Translations under genes and position numbers: made by a program
DNA from: Fimbriimonadales bacterium
GTDB taxonomy: Bacteria; Armatimonadota; Fimbriimonadia; Fimbriimonadales; ATM1
Assembly (NCBI GenBank): GCA_041744215.1
Contig: JBGTLG010000039.1
Location: 96,001 to 160,000, forward strand
DNA: 64,000 nt
Direction of reading: 5' to 3'
In this document: positions 39,186 to 49,179 of the stretch, in pieces
How positions within the stretch are numbered: the first letter of the stretch is position 1
Layout of the letters: every line of letters starts with the position of its first letter
The notes under the pieces: generated by a model
What the model was told of the DNA's origin: nothing
Database searches by the model: none
The model's input: the letters and a program-made list of their open reading frames with translations, nothing else

Positions 39186-39856
39186 CTGATCCAGTGATTA
39201 GCGGGATTATCTTGGTGATCCTCATCCTGTCCGTCGCGTTGCACGAGTTTGGGCACGCGAAGTCGGCCGATGCTGCTGGCGATCCGACGCCGCGATCACA
39301 GGGACGAGTCACGCTGAATCCCCTGGCACATTTGGACCCGATGGGAACACTCTTCATGTTCGTCATGGCGACAACTGGGTTTGGAATCGGTTGGGGGAGG
39401 CCCGTTATGGTCGACCCACGCAAGATGCACAACCCGCGGTGGGATCACTTCATGTCTGTGCTTTGGGGGCCGATGACGAACGTCATCTTGGCGGTCATCT
39501 TTGCGGCTCTGTTCCGATTTGCGGCGCCACATGAGAGCGGGCCCGTCTTCGGGATGGACCTCATCTCAGGCTTCTTTTTCCTCGGTGCATACATAAACAT
39601 TGCACTGTGCCTGTTTAACATGATTCCTATCGGCCCACTTGATGGGCATTGGATTCTCGGGCTGCTGCTGCCCGAAAAGGTTGGAGCGCGCTTCATGATT
39701 TGGAGCCGTACCAAGGGAATGTTCGTATTGATCGGGATCCTAGTTCTTGACCAACTGGTGCTTCGGCAGATGAACTATCCCAGCATCCTCGGAACGTTGA
39801 TTCGAGACCCCGCTATGAACATCGCGCTGCAGATAACGGGAGCTCGATTCGGCTAA
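39182..39856 (+). CDS. Site-2 protease (peptidase M50)
   Basis: HEFGH, GDPTP, FNMIPIGPLDG. Confidence 0.92.
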   Translation: MTDPVISGIILVILILSVALHEFGHAKSADAAGDPTPRSQGRVTLNPLAHLDPMGTLFMFVMATTGFGIGWGRPVMVDPRKMHNPRWDHFMSVLWGPMTNVILAVIFAALFRFAAPHESGPVFGMDLISGFFFLGAYINIALCLFNMIPIGPLDGHWILGLLLPEKVGARFMIWSRTKGMFVLIGILVLDQLVLRQMNYPSILGTLIRDPAMNIALQITGARFG

Positions 39857-40539
39857 CCTTCTTTCGCCAACACGTCTGCGAAGTACGCGTCGTCCTTCGC
39901 TCGATACACTTCGGGTAGAAGGGGCGCAAAACCGTACTTGCACTCGGTCAGACCCAAACGAACTGCCCACGCGGAGTCGCCGTAGCTATAGTGCCACCAT
40001 TCGTCGCGGCAGTTAGTGAACCCGGCGCGCACCAATGCGTCGAACAGGACTTTCCTTCCCTCCGAGATAGGTGCCGGCAATCCCGGCTTAAACGTTGGCG
40101 CATTGAGAAACCTCTCGCCTTCGCCGTGGAGATCAATGGGCTCGTTTCTCGCATCGAGTAGCCACACATCGACTGCCCCTCCTGTGGTGTGACCTGGAGG
40201 CGCCTTTTGATCGTATGGGGCATAAAATCTGTTCGTCATCCTTCTTAGCGTCGCGTAACTTCTTCGCGGGTCCTCTAACCGAAGCTTTTCAAAGTAGCGA
40301 TCATAAACAAACTTCTGGCGCTCGATCGACCGCCAGGCTTCTCGGAGGCCCAGATTGAGTCCGCGCGGTAGGTGAGATTGTGCGAGGTCGAGCATTCTCG
40401 CAACCGACTCGCGCGCGAATGGCACTGCAAAATCTCGGAGTACCGGCAGGACGCTGGCGAGTTCGACAAGTCGCTCTTGATTGTCGATCACTCGGACCCG
40501 ATTCAGCGCGGCGATTGGTTCGTTAGGAAGTCTCGTCAC
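39853..40539 (-). CDS. D-alanyl-D-alanine dipeptidase (M15D/VanX-like)
   Basis: EAWRS, GHTTGGAVD, EWWHYSYGD. Confidence 0.85.
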   Translation of the reverse strand: MTRLPNEPIAALNRVRVIDNQERLVELASVLPVLRDFAVPFARESVARMLDLAQSHLPRGLNLGLREAWRSIERQKFVYDRYFEKLRLEDPRRSYATLRRMTNRFYAPYDQKAPPGHTTGGAVDVWLLDARNEPIDLHGEGERFLNAPTFKPGLPAPISEGRKVLFDALVRAGFTNCRDEWWHYSYGDSAWAVRLGLTECKYGFAPLLPEVYRAKDDAYFADVLAKEG

Positions 40540-40540
40540 G

Positions 40541-41665
40541 TTATCGACGGAAGAACACGAAGTAGAGCAGGAGTCCGATTCCCACGAATTTCATCGTATC
40601 TTGCGTGCGGTAAGAACTCACCGGATACGGCACATCGATGGTGTCCTCTGGCTTGAGGAGCACGTCTTGCAACTTCCCTGCTTGAATCTGGCGGACGTCA
40701 TAGATGTCAACTTTGACGGCCCCCGTCGTATCGCGGCGTGATAGTCGCACCCTGTTTAGCCCTGCCGCCTCGAATGGTTGCGCGTCGAGGATCGCATCTG
40801 TGATCGTCATGCCCGGCTTGTACGGAAGCAGTCCGGGCCGCGCGACAGAACCTCGGACAAAGATGTGTTCACGGACTTCGCGGACTCCGACCACAATCTT
40901 TGTCCCGGGTTCAACTTTCATGTCAGCGTCACCGAGCAACTGGAAGTTAAACGGATCTTGGTCCGGGCCTGTGATTTCGACCCGCTCCGGGTTTGCATCG
41001 GACCGCAGCCCGCCGGAGAGTTCGATGGCCTTTCGCACCGTCATATCCTCGGCGAACTCAACGATGCCCGGCCTCATGACTGCGCCGAGCACGGACACTT
41101 GGAAGCTTGCGACTTTCAGAGGAAGGAAGATGCGATCTCCGGGCCGCAGCAAGGGGTTGCCGGCGTCATTTCCGGCTTGATACTGCGTGAAGTCGATCGT
41201 CCCAACTTCGCCGCTAAGACGCGTGATTCGGACATTCTTGAGGTCTGCGACCGTCGTCGGGTCGGCAATCGTCAACACGTCGGACAGCTTCAACCCTTCC
41301 CTAAACGCCACGTCGAGTGGATTTCTCACGGCGCCGCCTACATTGACCGGCAATGGTTGCTGTGCAGACGGACTACTCTCACCCTTGATGCGGATCGCTA
41401 CGGTCGCCTTTGGCATTACCTGTTGGCGGACCAGTTCCCTCGATACCTTTTGGGCAGCCTGCTGCGGCGTCAGCCCCTGGACCTCTACCGCCCCTATGTA
41501 CTTGATCAACAAGAGCCCTTGGGACGTAATGGTGTAGTCAGAATTGAGCGTCGCGTCTTCATCGCACGTCAGTGTAACGACATCCCCAGGCTTCAGTGCG
41601 GATTGGGCCAGCGCACCCCCGACAGAAAAGGCCGCGAGGACAAAGAGAACTGCAGCGCGCAACAT
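40541..41665 (-). CDS. Polysaccharide export/SLBB-domain protein (Wza-like)
   Basis: Signal peptide, poly_export domain (LKPGD...IGAVEVQGLT), three SLBB repeats (G.V.RPG...L.PGD), C-terminal TM + RR. Confidence 0.85.
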   Translation of the reverse strand: MLRAAVLFVLAAFSVGGALAQSALKPGDVVTLTCDEDATLNSDYTITSQGLLLIKYIGAVEVQGLTPQQAAQKVSRELVRQQVMPKATVAIRIKGESSPSAQQPLPVNVGGAVRNPLDVAFREGLKLSDVLTIADPTTVADLKNVRITRLSGEVGTIDFTQYQAGNDAGNPLLRPGDRIFLPLKVASFQVSVLGAVMRPGIVEFAEDMTVRKAIELSGGLRSDANPERVEITGPDQDPFNFQLLGDADMKVEPGTKIVVGVREVREHIFVRGSVARPGLLPYKPGMTITDAILDAQPFEAAGLNRVRLSRRDTTGAVKVDIYDVRQIQAGKLQDVLLKPEDTIDVPYPVSSYRTQDTMKFVGIGLLLYFVFFRR

Positions 41666-41722
41666 TTCGAAAGCCTACCCCGCAATTGTGCTTTGTTTTT
41701 GTTCTCGGTGTATCCTGTCGCC

Positions 41723-42223
41723 GTGGCACGCCTGCTTCCGCACCAGATATGGGTCGAGACGGACCGGCCAAAATTCCCACACAGGTGCGCGTGTTGCAAC
41801 GGGCCTGCGGAAACGGAGTACCGACCCACTCCTCCCCAGCGCGCGCGGGGGCTTCCGCCACCTGATGCTCCGCTCAGTATTCCCTACTGCGAAGCTTGCC
41901 TCAAGGCGTTTCGATTTCGGCAGTCGTTGGCTACGCGCGGTCTGGTTGCATTAAATGTCGCGGTGTGGGGTTCGTACGCTCTGCTTAGCGTGCTGCCGCT
42001 CTCAATGGCGTTCGCGATCATGATTCCAGCGGGCGCAGCGATCTACGCACCGCTATGGCTGAAAGGACGCACGATGCCGTCGCCGAGTTTTGGAGGTGTC
42101 GCCGTGAGGGCAATCTGGTATCGGAAATCAACATATGTCTTCTCGTTCGCAAATGAAGCGTACGGGAAGTCATTCGAGCACGCAAACTCGAGTGACTTGA
42201 CTCCGGATGACCTGAAGAGATAA
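41723..42223 (+). CDS. Hypothetical membrane protein with zinc-ribbon-like Cys pairs
   Basis: FPHRCACC...IPYCEAC, then two TM helices; GTG start 6 nt after TATCCT. The upstream part of the 40778 ORF is an antisense shadow. Confidence 0.7.
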   Translation: MARLLPHQIWVETDRPKFPHRCACCNGPAETEYRPTPPQRARGLPPPDAPLSIPYCEACLKAFRFRQSLATRGLVALNVAVWGSYALLSVLPLSMAFAIMIPAGAAIYAPLWLKGRTMPSPSFGGVAVRAIWYRKSTYVFSFANEAYGKSFEHANSSDLTPDDLKR

Positions 42224-42390
42224 GCACGGATACGTATCAGGTCGCTCGTTGTTCCCTATCGGAATGACAACAATGCACAGTTCCATCTGCGTGCTGTATG
42301 CGGATTCGGCACATATACGGCGGCTGTAGACCATTTACAACATTCAATTCTCATTCATCGCACACGGCTCTGACCGGTAAACTCGGAACG

Positions 42391-43803
42391 ATGGATTACC
42401 GAATTGAGAAGGACTCTTTGGGCGATGTTTCTGTCCCGAATGACGCGTATTGGGGCAGCCAGGCCGAGCGAAGTCGGCAGCTGTTTCAGATCACTGGTCT
42501 CACCGAGCACCCCCAGATGATCGACGCGTACGTGATGCTAAAGAAAGCGTGTGCCCAAGCGAACAAAGAGCTCGGGCTGGTCGACGCAAAGATTGCGGAC
42601 GCGATCATCCAGGCTGCCAATGAAACACTAGAAGGGGGGGGGATCGGAGCAACTTTGAGGAAGCAGTTTCCGGTCGACGTTTTTCACATGGGAGCGGGCA
42701 CGAGCTTTAACATGAACGTCAACGAGGTGCTGGCCAATCGAGCTGAAGAGATTTTAGGGGGCAGTAAGGGAGAGTATCAATTCGTTAACCCGAACGACCA
42801 CGTCAACTATGGACAGTCGACCAATGATACGTTTCCGACCGCGATGCGCGTGATGAGCCGCGTACTGCTCGCTCAGCTTCTCGAAGAAGCTGAGCTGCTC
42901 GCAGAGTCGTTTGAACAGAAGGGCGTCGAGTTTGACGCAATTCTTAAGTCGGCACGCACGCATTTGCAGGACGCAGTGCCGATTAGATTGGGTCAAGAAT
43001 TTGCGGCTTATGCCGCCGCGATTCGAAGATCGAACGAATGGTTGAAAAGTGCGGCGTATGAGTTAGAGGAGTTAGGGATCGGCGGTAGCGCGGCGGGAAC
43101 CGGCCTTAACACGCACCCTGATTACCGATTTCGTGTAGTGTCTCTCCTCGACGAATACACGCGGATCCCGTTTCGTCCTTCACCCGACATGCGGGAGGCG
43201 ATGCAGTCGCAATTCTGCATGAGCGCGCTCGCAGCTGGGGTCCGGCTCTTCTGCCTCGAACTGACCCGGATCACAAACGATTTACGGCTGCTTTGTTCAG
43301 GTCCATTGACAGGACTTGCAGAAATCACGCTCCCAGCAGTCCAGCCCGGAAGCAGCATCATGCCTGGAAAGGTCAACCCGTCGATGGCCGAGAACATGAA
43401 CATCGTTCTATTCCAGGTCTTGGGGCAGTGCCACGCGATCGATCTTTGCGTCCAGGCTGGCCAGTTAGAGCTGAATGTGATGATGCCGTCGATGGCGTTC
43501 TCGTCACAGTTCATGTTGCAGACACTGACAAACACGTTGCGCACCTTCCGTCAGAATTGTGTCGATGGAATCACAGCGAATGAAGCGCGATGTTTTTACT
43601 ACGCCGAAGTTTCTCCATCGCTCGCGACGGCCCTCAATGCTCACGTCGGCTATGAAAAAGCTGCAGAGGTTGTCAAGCAGGCGTTGAAGGAAAGCAAGAC
43701 GATTCCGGATGTCGTACGCGAACTGGGGCTTCTCACCGATGAGCAACTCCTAGAGGTTTTGGATCCCAAACTGCTCACAGAACCCGGGATTCCAGGCAAG
43801 TAA
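42391..43803 (+). CDS. aspA: Aspartate ammonia-lyase (fumarase/aspartase superfamily)
   Basis: RIEKDSLG, GAGTSFNMNVNEV (AspA-like rather than FumC GSGTQ), THLQDA, GSSIMPGKVNP. Confidence 0.82.
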   Translation: MDYRIEKDSLGDVSVPNDAYWGSQAERSRQLFQITGLTEHPQMIDAYVMLKKACAQANKELGLVDAKIADAIIQAANETLEGGGIGATLRKQFPVDVFHMGAGTSFNMNVNEVLANRAEEILGGSKGEYQFVNPNDHVNYGQSTNDTFPTAMRVMSRVLLAQLLEEAELLAESFEQKGVEFDAILKSARTHLQDAVPIRLGQEFAAYAAAIRRSNEWLKSAAYELEELGIGGSAAGTGLNTHPDYRFRVVSLLDEYTRIPFRPSPDMREAMQSQFCMSALAAGVRLFCLELTRITNDLRLLCSGPLTGLAEITLPAVQPGSSIMPGKVNPSMAENMNIVLFQVLGQCHAIDLCVQAGQLELNVMMPSMAFSSQFMLQTLTNTLRTFRQNCVDGITANEARCFYYAEVSPSLATALNAHVGYEKAAEVVKQALKESKTIPDVVRELGLLTDEQLLEVLDPKLLTEPGIPGK

Positions 43804-43807
43804 GGAA

Positions 43808-44293
43808 TCACGCTTCGGATTCGGCTAGGAGCGATTGGATATCAAGGTGCGCCGTGTGCATAGCCAGGTTTCCGTCCGCATCTTTAGGCCATTCGATCTG
43901 TGGCCGATCACGATACAACTCGACACCGTTTCCATCCGGATCGCGGAGATACAGCGCCTCGCTAACACCGTGATCTGCGGCGCCATCGAGCGGAAAGTTT
44001 GCGCTCATTACTCGCCGCAAAGCATCCGCGAGTTCTTTGCGAGTGGGGTAAAGGATCGCGACGTGATAAAGTCCTGTGGAGCCTGCGGGCGGCGGTGACC
44101 CGCCCGCGCTTTCCCAAGTGTTAAGCCCGATGTGATGGTGGTATCCGCCTGCACTGAGGAATGCGGCTGATCGGCCCATTCTCTGCGTGACCTGGAACCC
44201 CAACACCTCTGAGTAGAAGTGGATGGATCGCTCAAGGTCTGCTACCTTTAGGTGAACATGACCGATTGCGACGCCAGGGTGGATCGGTTTCAT
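43808..44293 (-). CDS. VOC/glyoxalase family protein
   Basis: IGHVHLKV, GGYHHHIGLNTW, DHGVSEALYLRDPDGNGVELY. Confidence 0.92.
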   Translation of the reverse strand: MKPIHPGVAIGHVHLKVADLERSIHFYSEVLGFQVTQRMGRSAAFLSAGGYHHHIGLNTWESAGGSPPPAGSTGLYHVAILYPTRKELADALRRVMSANFPLDGAADHGVSEALYLRDPDGNGVELYRDRPQIEWPKDADGNLAMHTAHLDIQSLLAESEA

Positions 44294-44341
44294 ATACCAT
44301 TCTACGCGCAGGGTATGGCCCTGCCTACAAGAGAGCGAGGC

Positions 44342-44379
44342 AAGAGAAATGCGGTCAGTGGACAGTCCACTGACCGCAT
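44342..44379 (-). terminator. Long perfect inverted repeat; terminator of the outer-membrane protein gene
   Basis: ATGCGGTCAGTGGAC-A-GTCCACTGACCGCAT (15-bp arms, 44349-44379), followed on the minus strand by TTCTCTT. Confidence 0.7.
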
Positions 44380-44404
44380 CGAGAGTCGTCGGGACGGACT
44401 CAGC

Positions 44405-44956
44405 CTAGAAGCGGAACGTCACGACGCCGTAGAGGCCCTGGTTGTTGACGCCAGAGTTGCTCGGACCCATCTGATATCCGAGTTCGACACCGAAGGGGGT
44501 GCCGCCAGCGTGCCCGTACACATCGTAGCCGAGACCGACGAAGCCTCCGAAGCCCCATCGGTCGGAACCTGGGCTGAAGGCGGTGTTGTAGATGCCACCG
44601 GCCAGCTTGACGTATAAGTCACCCGAGCGATTCATCTGGCCTTGCTGAAGTCCGAATTTCACGCCATAGTGACCACCGTAGGTCGAGACCTCGAAGCCGC
44701 TGCGGCTTCCGAACCAGCCTCGAAGACCTACGAAAGTCTTTGCGCCTTGGCCCGCCTGGGAAAGATAGTAGTCGACACCTGCGGTGAAGCCGAATGTGAA
44801 ATTGGCTAAATCCTTCAGGTCGCCGAGGAAATACATCGCGCCGGCACTGACCTCAAACGGTTTGTTTGCCTGACCAAACTGCTTCGTCGGTTCAGTAGCC
44901 GAGCCAGCCGCCACAAGGGCGACGCCCGCCACAATAGTCACGAAAGTCTTCTTCAT
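44405..44956 (-). CDS. Small outer-membrane beta-barrel protein
   Basis: Signal peptide, alternating Gly/aromatic beta strands, C-terminal YGVVTFRF (terminal Phe); GGAGGTG RBS. Confidence 0.8.
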   Translation of the reverse strand: MKKTFVTIVAGVALVAAGSATEPTKQFGQANKPFEVSAGAMYFLGDLKDLANFTFGFTAGVDYYLSQAGQGAKTFVGLRGWFGSRSGFEVSTYGGHYGVKFGLQQGQMNRSGDLYVKLAGGIYNTAFSPGSDRWGFGGFVGLGYDVYGHAGGTPFGVELGYQMGPSNSGVNNQGLYGVVTFRF

Positions 44957-45106
44957 GAAGACACCTCCATATGTTGTCGCTGGCCTGCAGGCGATCTATC
45001 CATGTTGCGATCACCCACACGCATCCATGCGTACCCCGTAGTATACCGAGGATGCGCGATACGGCTAAGAGGGCGGCCGCAGGCGCGAAACTCCACGAGA
45101 CGATAC

Positions 45107-45991
45107 TCAGATGGCGAGGCTGAGGGGCGGCGCTGGCAGGCTCTTCAACCAATCCGCCACGTCCTGACCGGTTCGGACAGGGGTCGCGCCCAATCTCACC
45201 AGAGCGTCGTTGCCGCTGCTCGGCTTTGGGCCCACGTAAACCGCCATCGGGCCGAACTTGGCCCGGCGCGCGCCAAGGGCACCGTGCCAACTTCCGCCGG
45301 CGCCAAACCTGCTGGCTACGATGATCGCACCTTCTCCAGCGGCGTAGAGCCAGCGATTTCTGGCAAAGGCGCGGATAGTGAGGAAGGTGCCCTCGTCCGG
45401 ATTCTGCGATACGGCTGACGCTCCGGGCAGATTCGGCTCGCCGCCGCCTGGGAGCATGTGCGCGACGAATCCGCCAGCCTCAATCGCCCCTTCGCCGCTG
45501 AGCCGATCCGCACCCCGAGCACCTCCAGACACGACGCCGATCCCTGCGTGGGCGCACGCGCTCCCTGCAGCCTTCGCAAACTTGATCTCGTCGGGTCGAA
45601 GATCCCGGCTGCCCACGATGGCGCAGAGACGCGCGCCCAGGGCGTCGGTTGCGCCCCGCGCCCAGAGCAGCGGCGGCGCAGCTGTGCCAAGCCGCTTGCG
45701 AAGCAGATGGGGATATCGGGCATCAAGCACCGAGATCGGCTCCCAGCCGGAGGACGCCCGTCGTTCAACGATGAGCCGCGCCTGAAGCATCGACGACTCG
45801 TCCTCCAGCAACGCAGCGGCTTCCCAAAGACCCGCACGGCGCATCCCCCGGGGTAAGCCACCCGAGCGGGGTCCGGCAACTACTGCCGCTACTCGTGGCC
45901 ACGTCCGTGACGGAGCCACGGGCACCTGCCGCCCCGGCCACTCTCCAAACAGACACACAAATTCGATCGGTATCACCACAGTTAAAATCAT
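45107..45991 (-). CDS. DprA/Smf-like SLOG-family protein
   Basis: YP..L....APPLL..RG, AIVGSR, VVSGGARGAD, ARNR, GGSW. Confidence 0.8.
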   Translation of the reverse strand: MILTVVIPIEFVCLFGEWPGRQVPVAPSRTWPRVAAVVAGPRSGGLPRGMRRAGLWEAAALLEDESSMLQARLIVERRASSGWEPISVLDARYPHLLRKRLGTAAPPLLWARGATDALGARLCAIVGSRDLRPDEIKFAKAAGSACAHAGIGVVSGGARGADRLSGEGAIEAGGFVAHMLPGGGEPNLPGASAVSQNPDEGTFLTIRAFARNRWLYAAGEGAIIVASRFGAGGSWHGALGARRAKFGPMAVYVGPKPSSGNDALVRLGATPVRTGQDVADWLKSLPAPPLSLAI

Positions 45992-46095
45992 GACATTTTA
46001 TGAATACTTTTTACATACCTATTCCAAGAAATCACGCCCCAAAGTTGTGTAACTCAGCAGATCAAGAGCGCGTTGCCGCATACTTGCGGGATCGT

Positions 46096-49000
46096 ATGCT
46101 CAAACACCCTGACCTCACCGAAAAGCGGATCGAGCAGTTCGTCTCTGAGTATCTGGAGCCCCGGTTGCTTGGCGACCCTGCCGCGCTTCGCGTCGAGTTT
46201 TGCGCGGAAGGCTGCGCGACCCAGCAGCAGGCCGCCGCAGCTGATTGGGTTGGCGTGGAGCCAGGCTTCGTCTGGGGCCCTCCGCACCGAGTCGTGTGGT
46301 TTCGGGTCTCAGGAGGCATCCCTCGCCCATGGGCCGGCAGGGATGTTGTGGCGAGTCTCGATGTCGGTGGCGAACGCACTGTTTGGAAAGGCAATAGTCC
46401 GATTGCAGGAGTCGACTGGAGCCACTCGTTCCATCGAATCACGAAGAGCGCGCGGGGTGGGGAGAGAGTCGAGCTGTATGTTCAAGCATATGGCGGCAAT
46501 CCTGACGTACGGGTCCACGGGCGACCTCCTCAGGTTCCGGCAACTCCATTTAGGTTTACCGACGCGTCTCTGCGTGTGTTTGACGGAGAGCTATGGCAGT
46601 TCTATCTGGACTGCAAGTTTGCATTGAAGCTCTTGAAATCGCTTCCTGCTGGCGATGCCGCGCGCATTCACCTGCTCACAGGGCTCAACGCGGCGGTGAC
46701 TCTGTTCGATGCGAGTCGCCGCGAGACGCTCCTACCTGCCAGCAAGGCTGTCCGAGAGGCAACTTCCCCAAAGCGGGTGGATCGATATCACACGCTGACT
46801 CCCGTTGGCCATGCGCACCTGGATACTGCTTGGCTCTGGCCGCTTGCGATTACTCAGCACAAGATGGCCCACACGGCTGCGACGCAACTCGCGCTAATGG
46901 ATGAGTATCCCGAGTACATCTTCGTTCATAGCCAGGCATCGCAGTACGAATGGCTTGAAACCCAATATCCCAAGCTATTCGAACGCGTGAAAGACAAGGT
47001 CGCGGAAGGACAGTGGGAGCCGGTAGGGAGTATGTGGGTCGAAGCCGACACTAACGTTCCGAATGGCGAATCCCTTGTGCGGCAATTCTTGTATGGCAAG
47101 CGGTACTTTTTGAAGAAGTTCAATATCGAAACTCGCGACATGTGGCTGCCAGATGTGTTTGGCTACTCGGCTGCGCTTCCTCAAATTTTGAACAAGTGCG
47201 GAGTCGATTCGTTTCTGACGCAAAAGATTTCATGGAACCAGTTCAATCGGTTTCCTCACAATACGTTTTGGTGGCAAGGGATCGATGGTTCCCGTGTCTG
47301 GTCGCACTTCCCCCCTGCGGACACTTACACCGGCAATTGCGAGCCTCAGCAGCTGCTGAAGCACCTTTCCGAGCATCGCGATCATGCTCGGTGCGATCAA
47401 GCGCTCTACGTATATGGGCACGGCGACGGAGGAGGCGGTCCGACGCCGGAAATGATCGAGTTCTTGCGCCGAGCCGCACGCGCGCCGGGGATGCCCCAAA
47501 TCGCGTGGCGGAGAGCCGCAGAGTTTTTTGAGGATGCACGGGCACGGAGCGCGGACTTACCGAGTTGGGCCGGCGAACTGTATTTTGAATTGCACCGGGG
47601 AACGTACACCACCCAGGCAAACAACAAGAAGTTTAATCGCATCTGCGAATTCTTAATGCGCGATCTCGAACTACTTGCTTGTTTTGACCCGGACTTCCCT
47701 GCTTCGTATCCGCAAGCTGAAATCGAACGTCTCTGGAAGATTGTGCTGCTGAACCAGTTTCACGACATCATTCCTGGCAGCAGCATCCGAGAAGTCTATG
47801 ATGACAGCGACCGAGATTACAAGCACATCATCGAGACCGGATCGAAGTTGATCCGCGAAAAGCTGAAGTCGATTACTGCAAACGTTGATACGACCGGAAC
47901 GCAGAGACCCGTCGCTCTGTTCCAGAACGCGGTCGTACAAGGTGAAGGAAGAGTCGCGCCAACGCGTGGCGAGACTCCCGCTTGTATCGTCTGCGACGGG
48001 GAACACTCTCCTGTCCAATTGATTGAGGAATGGGGCGAACGGTATTGGGCCTTTCGCGTTCCACAATCAGCCTTAGGCTCTGTCGCGATCGCGGACTTCC
48101 GAAGCGATCCGTGTGCGCCAGCAGCAAAGATGCGCGCGACGGCGCGGCGAATCGAGAACGATTCTTGGTCGGTTCGCTTTGACCATCATGGAAACATTTC
48201 GAGCGTCACATCGGTGGAAGATCAGAGCGAGTATGTTGCGCCGGGCAGCCTCGCAAACGTCTTCCAGCTCTTTGACGATCGCCCGACATTTTGGGACGCG
48301 TGGGACGTTGATGCATTTGCTCTAGAGACGGGGCGGGATCTCGTGCATAGTGATCGATTCGAGATTGTGGAGAATGGCCCTCTGCGGGTCGCCGCTGAGA
48401 TCGAAAAGCAGTTTGGAAAGAGCCGCATTGTACAGAGAATCAGCCTTGGGCCGACCCCGGGGATCCGCTTTGACACGATGGTCGACTGGCATGAAGAAGA
48501 CCGCATGTTGAAGGTCGCTTTCCCGCTAAATATCAACGCGACACGGGCAACATATGAGATTCAATTTGGCAGTCTCGAGCGCCCGACGCATCGCAACACG
48601 AGTTGGGATATGGCTAAGTTCGAGGTGTGCGCTCAGAAGTGGGTCGACGTCAGCGAAGGCGACCAAGGCGTTGCGCTATTGAATGATTCAAAGTATGGCC
48701 ACGACATTTTGGACAACGTTATGCGGTTGACGCTGCTTCGCTCGCCGAAGGCGCCAGACCCGGAAGCTGACATGGGCACCCACCGATTCACTTATGTGCT
48801 GCTCCCACACTTCGGAACCCACAATTGGGCAAATGTAGTTCACGCGGCCTACGCGCTAAACGCCCCGCTCCGATACCGGATGCTTGGAAAGTCGAAGGGC
48901 GAGTCTCTTCCTGAAGATCGATTCGTGTCGTGCGACGACCGAAACATCGTGATCGAGGCCGTCAAAAAAGCCGAGGACAGCAATAGCCTGATCGTGCGCC

Positions 49001-49176
49001 TCTACGAGTGCCACAACTCGCGAGGGCGCGCGGAGCTGACTTGCATGCGAAAGATCAAAGGCGCTTTTCTCTGCGACATGCTCGAAAACGAGATTGCGGA
49101 ACTAAGTCTCAACAAAAGCGGAGTCGAGTTCGATTACAAGCCTTTTGAAATCCTTACGATCAAGCTGGTGGTGTGA
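46096..49176 (+). CDS. Alpha-mannosidase, glycoside hydrolase family 38
   Basis: GHAHLDTAWLW, WLPDVFGYS, GHGDGGGGP, ELHRGTYT, LNQFHDIIPGSSI. Start at ATG 46096 or 46000. Confidence 0.95.
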   Translation: MLKHPDLTEKRIEQFVSEYLEPRLLGDPAALRVEFCAEGCATQQQAAAADWVGVEPGFVWGPPHRVVWFRVSGGIPRPWAGRDVVASLDVGGERTVWKGNSPIAGVDWSHSFHRITKSARGGERVELYVQAYGGNPDVRVHGRPPQVPATPFRFTDASLRVFDGELWQFYLDCKFALKLLKSLPAGDAARIHLLTGLNAAVTLFDASRRETLLPASKAVREATSPKRVDRYHTLTPVGHAHLDTAWLWPLAITQHKMAHTAATQLALMDEYPEYIFVHSQASQYEWLETQYPKLFERVKDKVAEGQWEPVGSMWVEADTNVPNGESLVRQFLYGKRYFLKKFNIETRDMWLPDVFGYSAALPQILNKCGVDSFLTQKISWNQFNRFPHNTFWWQGIDGSRVWSHFPPADTYTGNCEPQQLLKHLSEHRDHARCDQALYVYGHGDGGGGPTPEMIEFLRRAARAPGMPQIAWRRAAEFFEDARARSADLPSWAGELYFELHRGTYTTQANNKKFNRICEFLMRDLELLACFDPDFPASYPQAEIERLWKIVLLNQFHDIIPGSSIREVYDDSDRDYKHIIETGSKLIREKLKSITANVDTTGTQRPVALFQNAVVQGEGRVAPTRGETPACIVCDGEHSPVQLIEEWGERYWAFRVPQSALGSVAIADFRSDPCAPAAKMRATARRIENDSWSVRFDHHGNISSVTSVEDQSEYVAPGSLANVFQLFDDRPTFWDAWDVDAFALETGRDLVHSDRFEIVENGPLRVAAEIEKQFGKSRIVQRISLGPTPGIRFDTMVDWHEEDRMLKVAFPLNINATRATYEIQFGSLERPTHRNTSWDMAKFEVCAQKWVDVSEGDQGVALLNDSKYGHDILDNVMRLTLLRSPKAPDPEADMGTHRFTYVLLPHFGTHNWANVVHAAYALNAPLRYRMLGKSKGESLPEDRFVSCDDRNIVIEAVKKAEDSNSLIVRLYECHNSRGRAELTCMRKIKGAFLCDMLENEIAELSLNKSGVEFDYKPFEILTIKLVV

Positions 49177-49179
49177 ACG

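Noticed and set aside
40778-41722. Long N-terminal part of the 481-aa plus-strand ORF
   Set aside because: Antisense shadow of the SLBB gene; only 41723..42223 looks like a real protein.
42224-42390. Intergenic region upstream of aspA as a possible riboswitch or sRNA
   Set aside because: No recognisable conserved motif or stable structure; a -10 hexamer directly before the ATG suggests a leaderless aspA transcript.
44349-44379. 31-bp perfect inverted repeat as a MITE, REP or CRISPR repeat
   Set aside because: I found only one copy in the window, placed just after a stop codon with a T-rich tail; best explained as a terminator.
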